From Spironucleus salmonicida (lineage: Eukaryota), in contig NC_090600.1 in assembly GCF_000497125.1 (NCBI RefSeq), positions 372,001 through 436,000 of the forward strand: DNA of 64,000 nucleotides, written 5' to 3'. The notes under the pieces were generated by a model that had not been told where the DNA came from, ran no database searches, and saw only the letters and a list, made by a program, of their open reading frames with translations. Positions 51,901 to 64,000 of the stretch are shown here, piece after piece; within the stretch, counting starts at the first letter, position 1, and every line of letters begins with the position of its first letter. The position numbers and the translations under genes were made by a program.

Positions 51901-54900
51901 CTAGGAAGATTAGACCTGCCTATGCAAAGACTTCTTTGAAGGACCTTCTTGCGCCTCCTGCCTAAAGGGTACTGTCTTCTTCGATGGGCTGTGCTAACAA
52001 GAATGTGGCGACTGCAACGGTTAGTGTTTTTACACCAAAGAGAGCATTTTGACCTGCATTACCTGCCTTGATGGCTACATGGGAACTGATTGTATGCAGT
52101 GCCAAGAAGGATTCGTATTTGAAAACTCGCAATGTTTGCAGATCTGCGACACTTGTAACGGCAAAGACTGCGTAGTCCAGCTGCGTATAGAGATTTGCTT
52201 TGGGGCATGTTTTACGGGATATATAGGAGATTCTTGCCAGGTTTGCGATGCGCCAAATGGCTACTTTCCAGTTTTATCCTGGTGCTATTAGAAATGCGAC
52301 ACCTGCGTATACGGTGAATGCTTTAACACTGAATCTGGCGATGTGATTTGCACCAGCTGCTACGATAACAGAGTCGGAACGCAGTGCAACAATTGCTTGG
52401 ATGGATATATACTGGCTATGGAAAAATGCTAAAAATAGGTAACAGAGGATAAGTGCTTTTTGGTAGATGTTGACTTAATCTGCATAGGGTGCAGGCCAGG
52501 GAAAGTTTTAGCCGATGCCACATGTCACGATGTCTGCCTGTATCCTTCCTGCTAGGGCACCTGCTATCTGACCGATGTGTCATTTATCTGCCTGGATTGC
52601 TATAACGGGTTCTTGCTGGTGGATCAGAAATGTTATGAGCAAACTGAAAATCCCAAAGGGGACTGCTATATCAAGAGCGAAGAGATTATTTGCATCTGCT
52701 ATCCTGGGTTCTCCGGCGTCGACTGCAGTTCCTGCATCGGAATCATCCAAAATGAGCGGTGCTACATCCGAGATGGCTCAATAACTAGTGGCACCTGCTA
52801 CAAAGATGCACTGGATGCGATGGACAAGTTTTGCTAGACCTGCCAGTACAACTACCAACTTCCGCTGTGCCAGGAATGCTCACCAGGATATGAGATCGAC
52901 CTGGTGGCCATGACATGCTCTGTGTGCGCTACCGGATATCTGGATTCTAACCTACTTCCACCGGACCAGCTGAGCCAAGTTGGGCCCGACCGATGCATTG
53001 CTAAATGCGTTAGCTGCCTGAACGGAGATTGCTATTACTAGGGCGATGCAATTTTTTGCATATCATGCAAAAACGGGTATGATCCGTCTACTGCGTGCCA
53101 AACGTGCGCTCCCGGTTATTTGCAGTTTGGCGCGTACTGTATCGTGTATGGTGTAGCAGGATGTGGTGAGACTGAATTTGGCGAAAAATATTGTTTATAA
53201 TGTGAGGATAATCTTAAATCCTTCAACTGCACACAGTGTTCACTAAATTCCTACATACCTGAGTGTTATATACACTCGGATATTAATAAAGGCGATTGTT
53301 ATATCTAAGGGTCATCAGTAATTTGCACCGATGAAATTTGTTTAGCCCATATACTAGAATCCAACGATTGCACTAAATGTTAGTCAGAATTTCTACTATA
53401 TAATGGGTCATGTTGGAAAGGCGTTCCTCCATAAAGCAATAAGCTAAGAGGGGATTGTTACACATCTGAGAAAGGAATATATTGTAAGACTTGCTAAACA
53501 AACTGGTCTGGGAACAAATGCAGTCGGTGCTCGGATGACTATATTAGTTGTATGTGTGTTTTTGAGGCTTTTCATTAATGCTGCTGCCCTATCATTTATG
53601 ATTAAAATGGAATATGCTATAGGAACCAATTAAATAAAGTCATTTGTAGATAGTGTTTTAGTGGATACTAACTTGTTGACAATACATGTGTCATCAAAAC
53701 GATTAACACTAGAATGTTAATTTTATGGTTATTACTTATAATAATTATAATAATTATCGTTATAATTATATTAATTATATACAGTCGAATGAGTCCGTCC
53801 GATAAATAACAGCTTTTAGTACGATACAAAAAGATAGTGAAATCTATGAGTAGCCGATTAATGTTCTTCATTTTAGCATAACTTCTTTCTGTTATCATAG
53901 CGATCCAAGACGTCTATATCAATAATTTTGGTATGTAAAATACTGTAAATATATTTTCGATGGTTCCCATATTATGTTTATTCTTCTTTTCCTCAGTTCC
54001 TGATAAAAATATATTTTTCTACAACAAATAGTCCCACTATTACTTGTTTGTTCTTATAGCTATGTTAGAATTATGCTTCAACTATATACAATTTGATGGG
54101 GTTCCAATATTTTTACAAAACTTTGGCGAAGAGACATATAAGTTAGCTGGTCCTCCGGTGACGCTATTTTTGACAGTATTTTTTGGGGCTATGAAATTTA
54201 CAAAGTAATAAAAGATATCAATTTTTGTTGGTATTACTCTTCCCCTTTTCCTATAATTTTTAAGCGCTATAACTGAATTTAATTCTAGTGGGTACGTATC
54301 GGATGCTTCCAGAGGATCTGTTATCTATGGCTAAATATTGATAGGTATTGCAATCCTGATAATAGGGGTCAAGTTTTACCTGTATGAGATAATTTTAATC
54401 AAATACGGCGAGATGGGTTCTATAAACAGACTCGCTATTTCTGCTTTACTTGTAAATGCATTTGTTGGATGCATCAATCCATCTTAAATGATAGATGCAA
54501 TCCTAGATTATAGAATTTTCACATTTAGTATTATTACTCAGCTGCTTTTTAATGTCATTAATATCATCGTAATGATGCATCTTTCTGCGGTGGAATTTTC
54601 AATAAACCTAATCTCATCCGCCATCTGGGCCATTTTTATATCTTCTGTGGGAAATTACCACCACGCATCGCAAAATTATTACGCTGAGTCGTATACTAGC
54701 ATCATTTTGAACACAATATCGCTGATCGTACTATTGCTGTGTCTGATCTACTTTGCCATCCACAACTCCCAGTGGTACTCGCAGGCCAATGAGAAGTTGA
54801 AGAAAGAGGTAAAAATTGTAACGGGCGTAAAAGCCTTCTGGAAGTCTCGCTTTTTGCAGCGGAAGTAATTCACTCGTGCCGCATCGCAGCAACAAAACAG

Positions 54901-55282
54901 TGTCCTAGACCCGACGGAAAATATGAAGGCCCTGAAAATCTACGATCAGCTTAAAAGGTCATAGACCAATGTTACGATGGAGCTTAAAAATACTCAGTCC
55001 GATTCTAGTTTAATCTCACCTGCTCCGATACCCAAATCGCATTCAATATTTCCAAACGACAAAGGTGGTAGCTCGCTAAAGCGGGTAGTAACGTGCAACA
55101 AAAACACCAACGTGCTATGCTACGTACAGCCTATAAGAACAGACACCGTGCAGCAATTGATCATAGCAAATAACGAGGCACAGAATAGTATGTAGGAGGA
55201 CAGCGCGATGCTTACCTTCGATTAAATTGGCCAAAAGCTCAAGGATATGCTCGGCGTGGAGAAGGACGAGCTGGTCTGGTGA
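48980..55282 (+). CDS. Giant (~2100 aa) membrane protein: signal-like N-terminus, Cys-poor ectodomain, EGF/CxxC repeats, TM, SLC35F/DMT-like multi-TM domain, cytoplasmic tail
   Basis: One table 6 frame linking track ORFs 52049, 52577, 54488 and 54977 (fully read over 53700-55282, spot-checked upstream); starts MIIMLQIILINSQEELAG, ends KDELVW*. Confidence 0.8.
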
Positions 55283-55432
55283 TTTAATACGGTCCCATAT
55301 ATTAAGTTGTCCCAGTGCTGCTCAGTATATGGTTACCAGGCGCTAGCACCACTAACATGCCAACAATAAAAGTATGGCGGGCTTTATTTTACATAATATC
55401 GGATTCTACCAACATTTTATTCCACTCCGCCA

Positions 55433-55933
55433 ATGTTAATTTATACCAACTGTAACTGTGCCCAGAAAACTTATTCTGCCGTTGCCGAATTTTTGTCCCA
55501 GAAGGTCACCTTCAATAAGTGTGACAAGGTGGACTGCGACTTCCTGGTTGACGACTCAGTTTCCGTCTATCACGCCCCTTCCATCATATTTTATATGATG
55601 AGGAAGGCCGAGCAACTTCCTCAGAGTGAGGCCAAGGTGGCTGTGTTTGACTGCTACCTCCAGTGTGTGTACAGCTTACTGCAGTACTTGTGTGCATTCA
55701 CGTCCAATGACAAGCTTGTTGCCGCAAGACTCGAAAAGGACCTTGCCTGCATCAACGAGGGGCTTTCCAGCACCACTTTCATCGCCGACAAGAAATCAGC
55801 TGCGGATATCTTTGTTGCCTATGCTCTCAATCAAATTTTTGGGAAGTATGTTGCCGAAAAGAACGCCAAGAAGTACTCCCATATAGTAAGATATGTCGCA
55901 ACTGTCTGCTGCCCCATCGCGTACAAGAAGTGA
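55433..55933 (+). CDS. GST-fold protein, copy 2
   Basis: Same protein as 34062-34562; TTCCACTCCGCCA before the ATG. Confidence 0.75.
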   Translation: MLIYTNCNCAQKTYSAVAEFLSQKVTFNKCDKVDCDFLVDDSVSVYHAPSIIFYMMRKAEQLPQSEAKVAVFDCYLQCVYSLLQYLCAFTSNDKLVAARLEKDLACINEGLSSTTFIADKKSAADIFVAYALNQIFGKYVAEKNAKKYSHIVRYVATVCCPIAYKK

Positions 55934-55944
55934 TCCCGAAAGTC

Positions 55945-56418
55945 TCATTTCTTTTTTAGAAAGCCCATTATGGAGCTTTGCTTTTATACCTTTTTCTCTA
56001 CCTTTGTAGTGGCAATTACTCCCTGGTCGTTTATTTTTGTCTACCTCTATATCACGTAGGCGTCTTCCGCCGTGTCGATTACTTTCTGCTCCGGCTCAAC
56101 GGTTTCCTTTGGCAAATTCTCTTAGGCGACTTACTTGCGATGCTGTGGGCAGTCGGCACGTTGGCTATAAAGCGCATCGAACTTAACTATCTCCTCGAAC
56201 AGGACCTCTATATCGTAGTCGAATGCATCGTCTGTCAGGAACGCGTAAACCGGCCCCTTGTTGAATACTAAAGAGGCTTTCTTGTTTACAAACTGCAACG
56301 ACAAGTACGGCATCTGTGGAGCTTCCAGCAGCTGATTTGTCTTATCCTCGCCTATCTCCCTTCTTAGCAAATTCACGGAAACAAAGTTCTGCTCTTTCAA
56401 AAAGTCCTCCAGCGACAT
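55945..56418 (-). CDS. Putative reduced POLD3/Pol32, copy 2
   Basis: Same as 33577-34050. Confidence 0.65.
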
Positions 56419-56490
56419 TGTTCAATTTTAGCATTAGCATGCTGTACTATATAATAACCGTAAAAATCGTCATAAACAATTCCTCATTCT

Positions 56491-57345
56491 TCACAACCCT
56501 AAAATGTGCTTCAGATTATCGTAGAGCCACGATTCGTTCAGATTTGCACTCTCGTCCTCGAAAAGTTTCACCGAGTCGTTGTTGACCAGCTCTATGATAA
56601 ACTGGTCCAGGTCGTAAATCTGGTCGATTTCACCCCCTTCCTTCTGCTCCCTCATGTCCTCCCTTAACTGGTCAAACTGCGCCTTCAGCTCCGCTGGGAT
56701 CTCGCAGAAGCTCAGCTTGCCGGTCCCCTTCTCTCCCTTCTCGCCCAAGTCTGCAATGCCACAAAATCGCTCAAAGTAGCTAAAGCAGGGCAGCTCGTCG
56801 CCCATCTCGTTGATTTTGTCCTCGATGATCAGGTCGTCGACAATCGCCAAATTCATGACCACTGCCATCTTGTGCGCGCTGACGCTCACGAAGCACGCCG
56901 CCTCGGCCGGCTTGTAGTCTGCTTCGTTCTGCGGGAGCCTGGCCGTGAAGCACTCAAACCGGGGGCACAGCTGCGCCACGTCCTCCAGAAAGGTGAATAT
57001 CTTTGGCTGGGACAACAGGTGCGACGTTTAGAACTTCTGGGAGGTCAGCAGCGCGTGGTGGGGCACCAGCGTCTCCGAGCGGGCGGTGTGGACCTGCAGC
57101 TGGCGCAAAAAGTCGATGAGATTGTCGTGGGGCGCCTCGATGAGGCAGAACGCATAGCCTGCCGAGTTCGAGAGGAAGCCCGTGTAAACTGGATCCGCCG
57201 CTTCCGAGGACGTAAGCTGCTTGAACAGCTGTTTGATATTATCAAAAGTCGTGAGGATTTATGCCGCTAAAACGACACGGGAGATAGAGGGTGTAGTAAA
57301 CTGAAGATTCTGTTGAATGTGGTCAAAAGCAGACACTGGGCGCAT
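56491..57345 (-). CDS. TEX47-like (BLUF-like fold) protein, 284 aa
   Basis: MRPVSAFDHIQQNL..SISRVVLAAQI...VYTGFLSNSAGYAFCLIEAPHDNLIDFLRQL resembles the TEX47/BLUF pattern; the gene is solid but the family call is tentative. Confidence 0.55.
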
Positions 57346-58052
57346 TTTAAAATTATTGAAGAAAATATATGAAAATAATATATAATAATGTTATAATTTG
57401 TTAGATTTTCCGAAATGCTTAAATTTGGGTTATGATGTTGTTAGGCGTGTTTCATTATTAATATTAATCTGATATTAAAATTACAGAATTGGAAACTATA
57501 TTACGTGTTTTAATCTTTAATGCTTTTAGTAAATTTAGTGCCAATTTATATGCAATCTAATCAAAATATATAGTTCAGAAGCTCATGAAATGGATATTAG
57601 GCAACTTAATATACCGATAGAAACATTTATTCAATACTGGCGTAATTTTTGATTTAACATAAGTTCGTTTTACATAAAATAATCCAACCTCTTCTATTTA
57701 TCTCACAATAGGTTATATATCATTATAATAAATTTTTAGTATAGGACATATACGTTTTTACGTTCCTATATTTCAACAACACTAGGGGGGATAAAATGTA
57801 GTCAGAAAATACTCGTTTGGATATTATAGCATATGTATAATTGTGGAATATAAATATACATAGATAGTTTTTTATTGTGTCTGTAAGCAAAGTAATCTAA
57901 AATTATTAACATGTTCAATAAAATACTTTAGTTTGTTAACAGATGGATCAGAATTTGTCTCATCATTACAAAATTACTATTTAAATTCATTTTTTAATTT
58001 ATTACAATACTGTATTTATATATTATATACAAATAATTTCTTAATATTTAAA

Positions 58053-60296
58053 ATGAGCAATATTCAAGTTCATTGTAGAATCCGCCCTGCAGGTGCAAAC
58101 CCCTAAATGTAAGGCAAAAGAGAAGAAGCACATTAATTATATCAGGTAGATTATAACGATAATATCCTTCAAATCAAACCACCTAAATTAGTCGATAACC
58201 CAAATAAAAAATCTTAGTACAATTTCTAATACTCGCGGATATATGACGATCAAGCTAAGTAAGAAGATATATACGACCATCTTGTTAAGCCACTTTTACC
58301 AGAATTTCTTAAAGGAATAAACTGCACCGTATTCTGCTACGGCCAAACTGGTTCAGGAAAAACCCATACTATGACCGGTGGAACGGCGTCCTATAAGGAG
58401 CGAGGACTTATGCCTAGAGCTATCGAAAATCTTTTCAACCTCATCTCCCAGGACGATACGCGGGAGTATTCTGTCTTCTGCTCATACCTCTAAATTATGA
58501 ATGATGGTGGATACGATCTTCTGTCCTAGTCAGGATAGTCAGAAAGTCGTTAGTTGGACGACCTCGAAAAAGTTAAACTACAAGAAGATGGCTCTGGAGA
58601 AATGCATGTCTCAGGTCTTTCTGCCCATCAAACTGCCAATATCGAGGCTGCCTTAAACGTACTATGGAACGGCGATTTGAATAGAATTGTGACAGCTACA
58701 TCTCAAAATTAGGCATCCTCCCGCTCCCACTGTGTTTTCACTATGCATTTGCGCTCTAAGCAAGCTAATTCTGATGTAATCCGGCAGTCTAAATTCCATT
58801 TTGTTGATTTGGCAGGTTCAGAAAGAGTTGGTAAAACTGGTGCTGATGGTAAAGTTCTAGAACAGGCAAAGTATATCAATTCTTCCTTATTCTACCTAGA
58901 AATGGTTATCCATGCTTTAGCCAAAAAAGATCCACATGTACCATATAGGAACTCAATGATGACGTTCTTCCTCAGAGACTCACTGGGTGGAAACTGCAAG
59001 ACCTGCATGCTTGCTACACTGGGGTTTGAGGTGTACAATTTACAGGAGACAATCTCCACTTGTTAATTTGCATAGAATGTGGCTATGATCAAGAATGCAG
59101 CTGTAGTTAACGAGGATGTAGATCCAAAACTTTTGATAAAGCGTCTTAAGGAGGAGAATTTAAGGTTGAAGGAGGAACTAAAACTGTTGAAAGAAGGTGA
59201 TTCCGCGAATGCTAATAAAAATATCTCACAAGATGAAGAAAATACAATTCGAGAGATTGTAAATGCATATATAGCAAACCCAGATTAATCCTTCACGTTA
59301 GATGTTGGTAGCTGGTGGAAACTATAAATAGGAATTAGGATGATGAAATTGATGATTTTAGAAGGTGGACAATAGTCTGCATAAATCTAGCCAGTAGTGA
59401 CTTAAAAAGTATTTGAATCGGACAGTGAAATAGAGCGTTTGAAATAGCTTTTACAACAAAGAGATGCAGAAATTGAAATATTGACACAAATGGTAGGAGG
59501 TGAAGCTGATGTTAAAAAGGAATAAGTTAAAGGACCTATGTATGATTACGAATAAATTGAATAAGACTATTAATCTAGACCAGTTTCAGAATAAAATGAA
59601 GTAGAATTTCCACCAAATCCATCATTTTAGCAAAATACAGTTATCCAAAACTCAAATTCAATATCTATAGTAAAAAATAATTCTATGAATTCACCCCCAT
59701 AAGTTTTGCAATAGCAATAGAAGTCACTTCCAGAACAATAAATAAAAGCTTAAATTTTATCAAATCCAGGTGCTCTATGTAAAATTCCAATCGCTTCGTT
59801 AACACTCTAAACGCTGAAATCAGAATAGATTCTATTTTAAAATTTTCTCAAAACTTATTATAATAATGGGGAAATTACGAGTTAAAAATAGCTGTTAAAG
59901 GAACTTTATGGACAGGCAAAATAACTTGCAAATTTAGTTTAATAGTAACGTGGGTAAGCAGAAAATTTAAAAGCTGAAATTCTTAAAATTGTTGAAATTT
60001 CTGGTCGTGAAACTGAAGAAAGCGACTTTTTAAAGTAAAAATTAGCTGGATTAAGTAGTGAATATAAAGAAGGCGTTTAAGGCCTTAGGGAAACAAAGGC
60101 ATAGGTTGAGGGATTAGAGGCTGAAATAGGGAGAGGTAAAACTTAAATAAAGAAGGATTTTGTAAGGTGGTATAAATATGCTGTATAAGTAGTTAGTTAA
60201 AGGATCAAACAAGATACTGATTTTAACGTAGGAGTAGGTGATTGTGAGGATGATATTAAGGCTTTTTATGAAATGAAAGATAAAATGGGAATTTGA
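58053..60296 (+). CDS. Kinesin-9 (KIF6-like), 747 aa
   Basis: [69 protein letters not shown]-terminal DDIKAFY. Confidence 0.9.
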
Positions 60297-60455
60297 TCTG
60301 TATTGAGTTTAATGTTTATGACTACAATTATATATTAAATATCATTAATCGCACAACTCGAATATCAAATATTATTTATTAGGATTAAATATTATTATAT
60401 AATAAATAATTAGACTTCATAAAAATTTGATTATAAATTACTACACCGCTCCTTC

Positions 60456-60630
60456 AGCGATTGTTCTAAAGGGGTCTTTTCTTTATTTCAACTTAGTCAC
60501 GAATATTTTTATTCAAATTAACGCAGCCTAGAAGATGATCCTGCTCTGGTGCGCTGAGCGTGAAGTCGAGGGCTCCGGCCTCTTGATGATCGAGCCTTAA
60601 CGGGCGGCACACCAGTCAGTCTGATAGGTT
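60456..60630 (+). ncRNA. U3 snoRNA
   Basis: Box A-like AAGGGGTCTTTTCT, terminal stem AGCCTA/TAGGTT, box C' (AGATGA), box B GAGCGTGAAGT (60556-60566), box C TGATGA (60584-60589), box D CTGA (60621-60624), stem CTGGTG/CACCAG; 5' end approximate. Confidence 0.85.
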
Positions 60631-61428
60631 ATTCTCAAGTATGTATTCTTTCTATAGTTGTACTGTACACAGCATTTACTATGGATGTCTTATACTATGT
60701 AATCTATTACTATATTTTATTTAATATTAAATTTGCATTCTCAGAATTTCTTTATAAAAAATATAATATTTAATATATTATATTTTCCTGTATCTGTATA
60801 AATTTATTAAATGATATTGGTAATTTTTGTTATTTAATTAATTTGATACATGATAACATACTTGTATATGTAATTGATCATTTCTATACGTAAAATGCAT
60901 TTTACTAGATTAGAATAATTTGATCATGCTAGAATATTTATTGGATTCTAAATTATGTAGCTTTTAATAAAAACTAATATTACGTTTTCCGTTTATACTT
61001 ATTATACCAAACTAATTTCAGTTATATTTTTATTTGAATTATACTTCTTATCATTCCCACTCCTGTAATAATTTACTTACAATTAGTAATTATATAACTC
61101 TGCTTTTTCTTTCAGTCACTTTAAACAGGTAAATATAATTATTTTAAGTTTAATTATATATTTATTATCATTATTTGTGGATTCACATTAGCTATAGAAG
61201 TTTCCGTAGATATATTTTTGATATATAACTATGCTGAGTAGGTTTGAAAAATTAGTATAACATAAAGCTAAATAATGCAGATACAAATATTTATATACAA
61301 AATTTGTTCTACCTTTTTTACTTGAATTATAATTTGGTATAATTATCTAGTTAAAATGATAATAGTTATTGTATAAACCATTATATTATTTTAAATATAA
61401 AATAGTAGAATAGCCTTTCTACTGATAA

Positions 61429-61731
61429 ATGGGAAGCTGCCAAAGTGATTCTCCTGATATCCGCCCAAGAGCATAATCGGAAGAATTTGCACCCTCCTCA
61501 AAACAAGTGTACCGTGCTGCTAAGAGAATCAAAATTAGAACAAAAATTAGATATTATCTTGAAGAGCAAGATATTGAAGAGTACAATAGAACAGTAGCCT
61601 TGATGTCAGAAAATGAGTATCGTAAAAAGCAGCAGCTTATGACACCTGTATCCTCAGATATCATCCTCTGCTAAGAAGTATCTCTCCCAACTAGACTCCG
61701 CTGTGGAAGCGGTCTCTCCGAAGTGAATTGA
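61429..61731 (+). CDS. Hypothetical protein (100 aa), MGSC N-terminus (possible dual acylation)
   Basis: MGSCQSDSPDIRPRA...GSGLSEVN*. Confidence 0.65.
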
Positions 61732-61735
61732 TCTA

Positions 61736-64000
61736 TCACTGCAACCAAGTCCTATCATTTTCTCCTAAATACTGCCAGTTCATTAGTTTTGCCTTGTCTT
61801 TCCCGCGCTCACAAAATTCCTCTCTCACTATAAATTCCTTGGTCAGACACACACATTTTTCCCGAATTCTTACATTGGGATCGTCACAATGTGTCACAAG
61901 CAACTCAATGATCTAGTCTTTTCCGTACAGCTGGTCGACAATACCCTTATTTTCACATATTTCCACTAGCTAACGGAGCTGGTCCAAGGCTGATAATGTA
62001 ATACTTTCTTTGGCATCGTCCAGGCGATAGCAAAGCTTCAAGCCGAGTTCGTCAGGTCGCATACCAAACTGTTAACAATACGACAAAAACTAACCGCAGA
62101 GTGCTAAAACAACCTCGCGCACTGCCTGCCAATCATCCTCTAAGCTAACACAAATCCTACTCAATAACTGATCGTAAGTAGCCCCAAACTCGCTGCAGTT
62201 GTCGCACTCTGCATAAGGGAATGCCTGGCAAAGCTCAGTACGCTGCTTATCAACCAAAACTGTTAAAATCTCAATTGCTTTTACGAGACATTTTGGACTT
62301 CTAGCACCGTGGCGCCATGTTGTGCAGGAATACACGCCATTTATCAAGAAAATGAGTTGATCTTAGCGCAGATTGATCTGTTAGCTCAAAATTCGCACGC
62401 ATTCCAAACATTCGAAACGGACATCCTGGTTCATCTTTTCAACGTCAGCGGAAATTTTAAGCATTTTAACTGCTATATTAACTGCTTTTTGAGCATTTTT
62501 GGTCGCGAAATCGAAGCGTTTTGTGAAGTTCAAAAACTGAGCAAAAATTTAGCATCTTATGACGAGGCGGTCAGTTTTCAGAATTTCGCTATTCAAGTTG
62601 ATCGTTTAGAGTGCTAATGCAAAGTTCAGATTAGCTTTAAATTAATCAAAAATAGAGATAAACTCCTCTGTGAGCTTTTTGGATACTTTAAATGCAGTGG
62701 TTGCAATAAATTCATCAAAAACGTGCTTTTTGGCTGTCAAAAGCTCTTAATTGCTCAATTTTACGTATACTGCACTAACTAAAATGAAAAATACTTGTTA
62801 TTAATCTTCACTTAACAAAGTAAATAAATCAGGTTTTTGTTGCAAAAATTAACAAAAATGACCGCAGCAAACGCTCTAGCTAACAACTAGCAAATAGTCT
62901 TCATTCATCAAATAGTCACTACTAGCTAAAATTGTTAAAATAACTTCAATATCAGTATTCTGCATTTCGTTGGAAAATGTATTTTCCATTCCACGGAACA
63001 TTAAAAACCTTCCTAAAAATGCATAAATTCGGCTTAAAAATCGTGAATTCTCAGCACTTTATGTAGAAATTTATTTCTTAATTTGTCCTAATATGTCATT
63101 TGGAGCACAAAACACTGCCATTAGTTCAATTAAAGGGTCAAATTCGCCTTTATTAAATTCATCATGGAGCAAAAATTGAAGTGAATTAGCAAATTTCTAT
63201 CCAAATTTTGCTGTAAAATTATGAGATAAAATAATTAAATTGCAAAGCAAACGAGAGCTAGCAAGTTTCACATGATTTTGAACACTTTCTAAGTCTCGTA
63301 TTATTGCATTAAGTTGCTTTTCGAGGACTTATTAAGCTAGAATTCTACAACCAAGATTGAGCTATTTGTCAAAATGTGGAGCTGAATTTTTATTAAAGTT
63401 AGCAATAAATTCATCATATTTGTCATCCTATCCTGTTACTGTATTTTCAATTTCCTGCTGTAAATGTAAAAATTTGTCATGTTACTTGGTTTCTAAAACA
63501 TAAAATTCTCCGCAAGAGAGGAATATATTAAAAGAATAAATTTCATGTAGATTTGATAAGAGCGGTACCGCAAATATATCGGCATAAATGTGTCGATCGA
63601 TGTGATTGAAAAGAAGTATCTTCATGGCATCTGCTAGTGAATCAGTGAGAAGTGGATCATTGAGTAGTAATGGAAGAAGTTTTTAAAGATGTCGGTTAAT
63701 TTATTTTGATTATGTGGATAAGTGCGTTTATGTAAATGCCTATAGATTAAGTTATCTAACTGTTTTTTAATTGTGATTGAACGTTGCAATTATTCCTTCG
63801 CTCAAATCAGACACTTAAGTTTCTGTTAAAAAATGTTTAAATGTTCGTGTAAACCTAAATATACATTTATCTGTCTGTATTCGGCAATTAGGACATTTAT
63901 CGGTTGATTATTTAATAAGAATAGAAGTAATTGCATCTGAGAATTTTTAGTGAGACTTTTCTAGCTAAACAGATGATATTTGAGTCTTTTCTATATTTAT
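61736..64000 (-). CDS. DNAAF5: HEAT-repeat dynein axonemal assembly factor 5 (HEATR2)-like, 5' end outside the window
   Basis: Open frame to the window edge; TWRHGARS, ICVSLEDDWQAVRE, LCYRLDDAKESI and ELLVTHCDDPNVRIR match the DNAAF5 C-terminal motifs; AGTGA stop. Confidence 0.7.

Larger units (their letters stand above)
54246..57236 (-). repeat. Inverted duplication unit D' (partner 32759-35749)
   Basis: Direct comparison of the two copies. Confidence 0.95.

Overview
Intron-poor, AT-rich eukaryotic DNA in which TAA/TAG encode Gln and TGA is the only stop (NCBI table 6). The supplied ORF track therefore fragments nearly every gene, and I re-read all genes by hand in table 6. The code, stops fused to AGTGA, C-rich start-proximal motifs and CxxC-rich membrane proteins point to a hexamitid diplomonad, most likely Spironucleus (inference). 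Recognisable genes: cysteine-rich membrane proteins, RidA, a CAMK-like kinase, an R2R3-Myb, kinesin-13, kinesin-9, an OSCA/TMEM63 channel, a stand-alone xRRM protein (x2), Hop2 (x2), Ist1-like (x2), TEX47-like, GST-fold protein (x2), beta-COP, DNAAF5 (partial), a phage/bacterial-type pyrimidine-dimer glycosylase, intron-containing tRNA-Tyr and tRNA-Pro (x2 each, plus a pseudogene), and a U3 snoRNA. Highlights: (1) a 43-aa ORF with an in-frame TGA at codon 3 followed by a well-formed SECIS-like hairpin (candidate new micro-selenoprotein ending in an SHP-box-like motif); (2) a ~2100-aa protein fusing a large EGF/CxxC ectodomain to an SLC35F/DMT-type transporter; (3) a 157-aa miniature POLD3/Pol32 with a PIP box; (4) six local duplications with near-identical, often GC-enriched cores and diverged flanks, producing chimeric and truncated ORFs. 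All product calls come from motif recognition only; no database searches were run.
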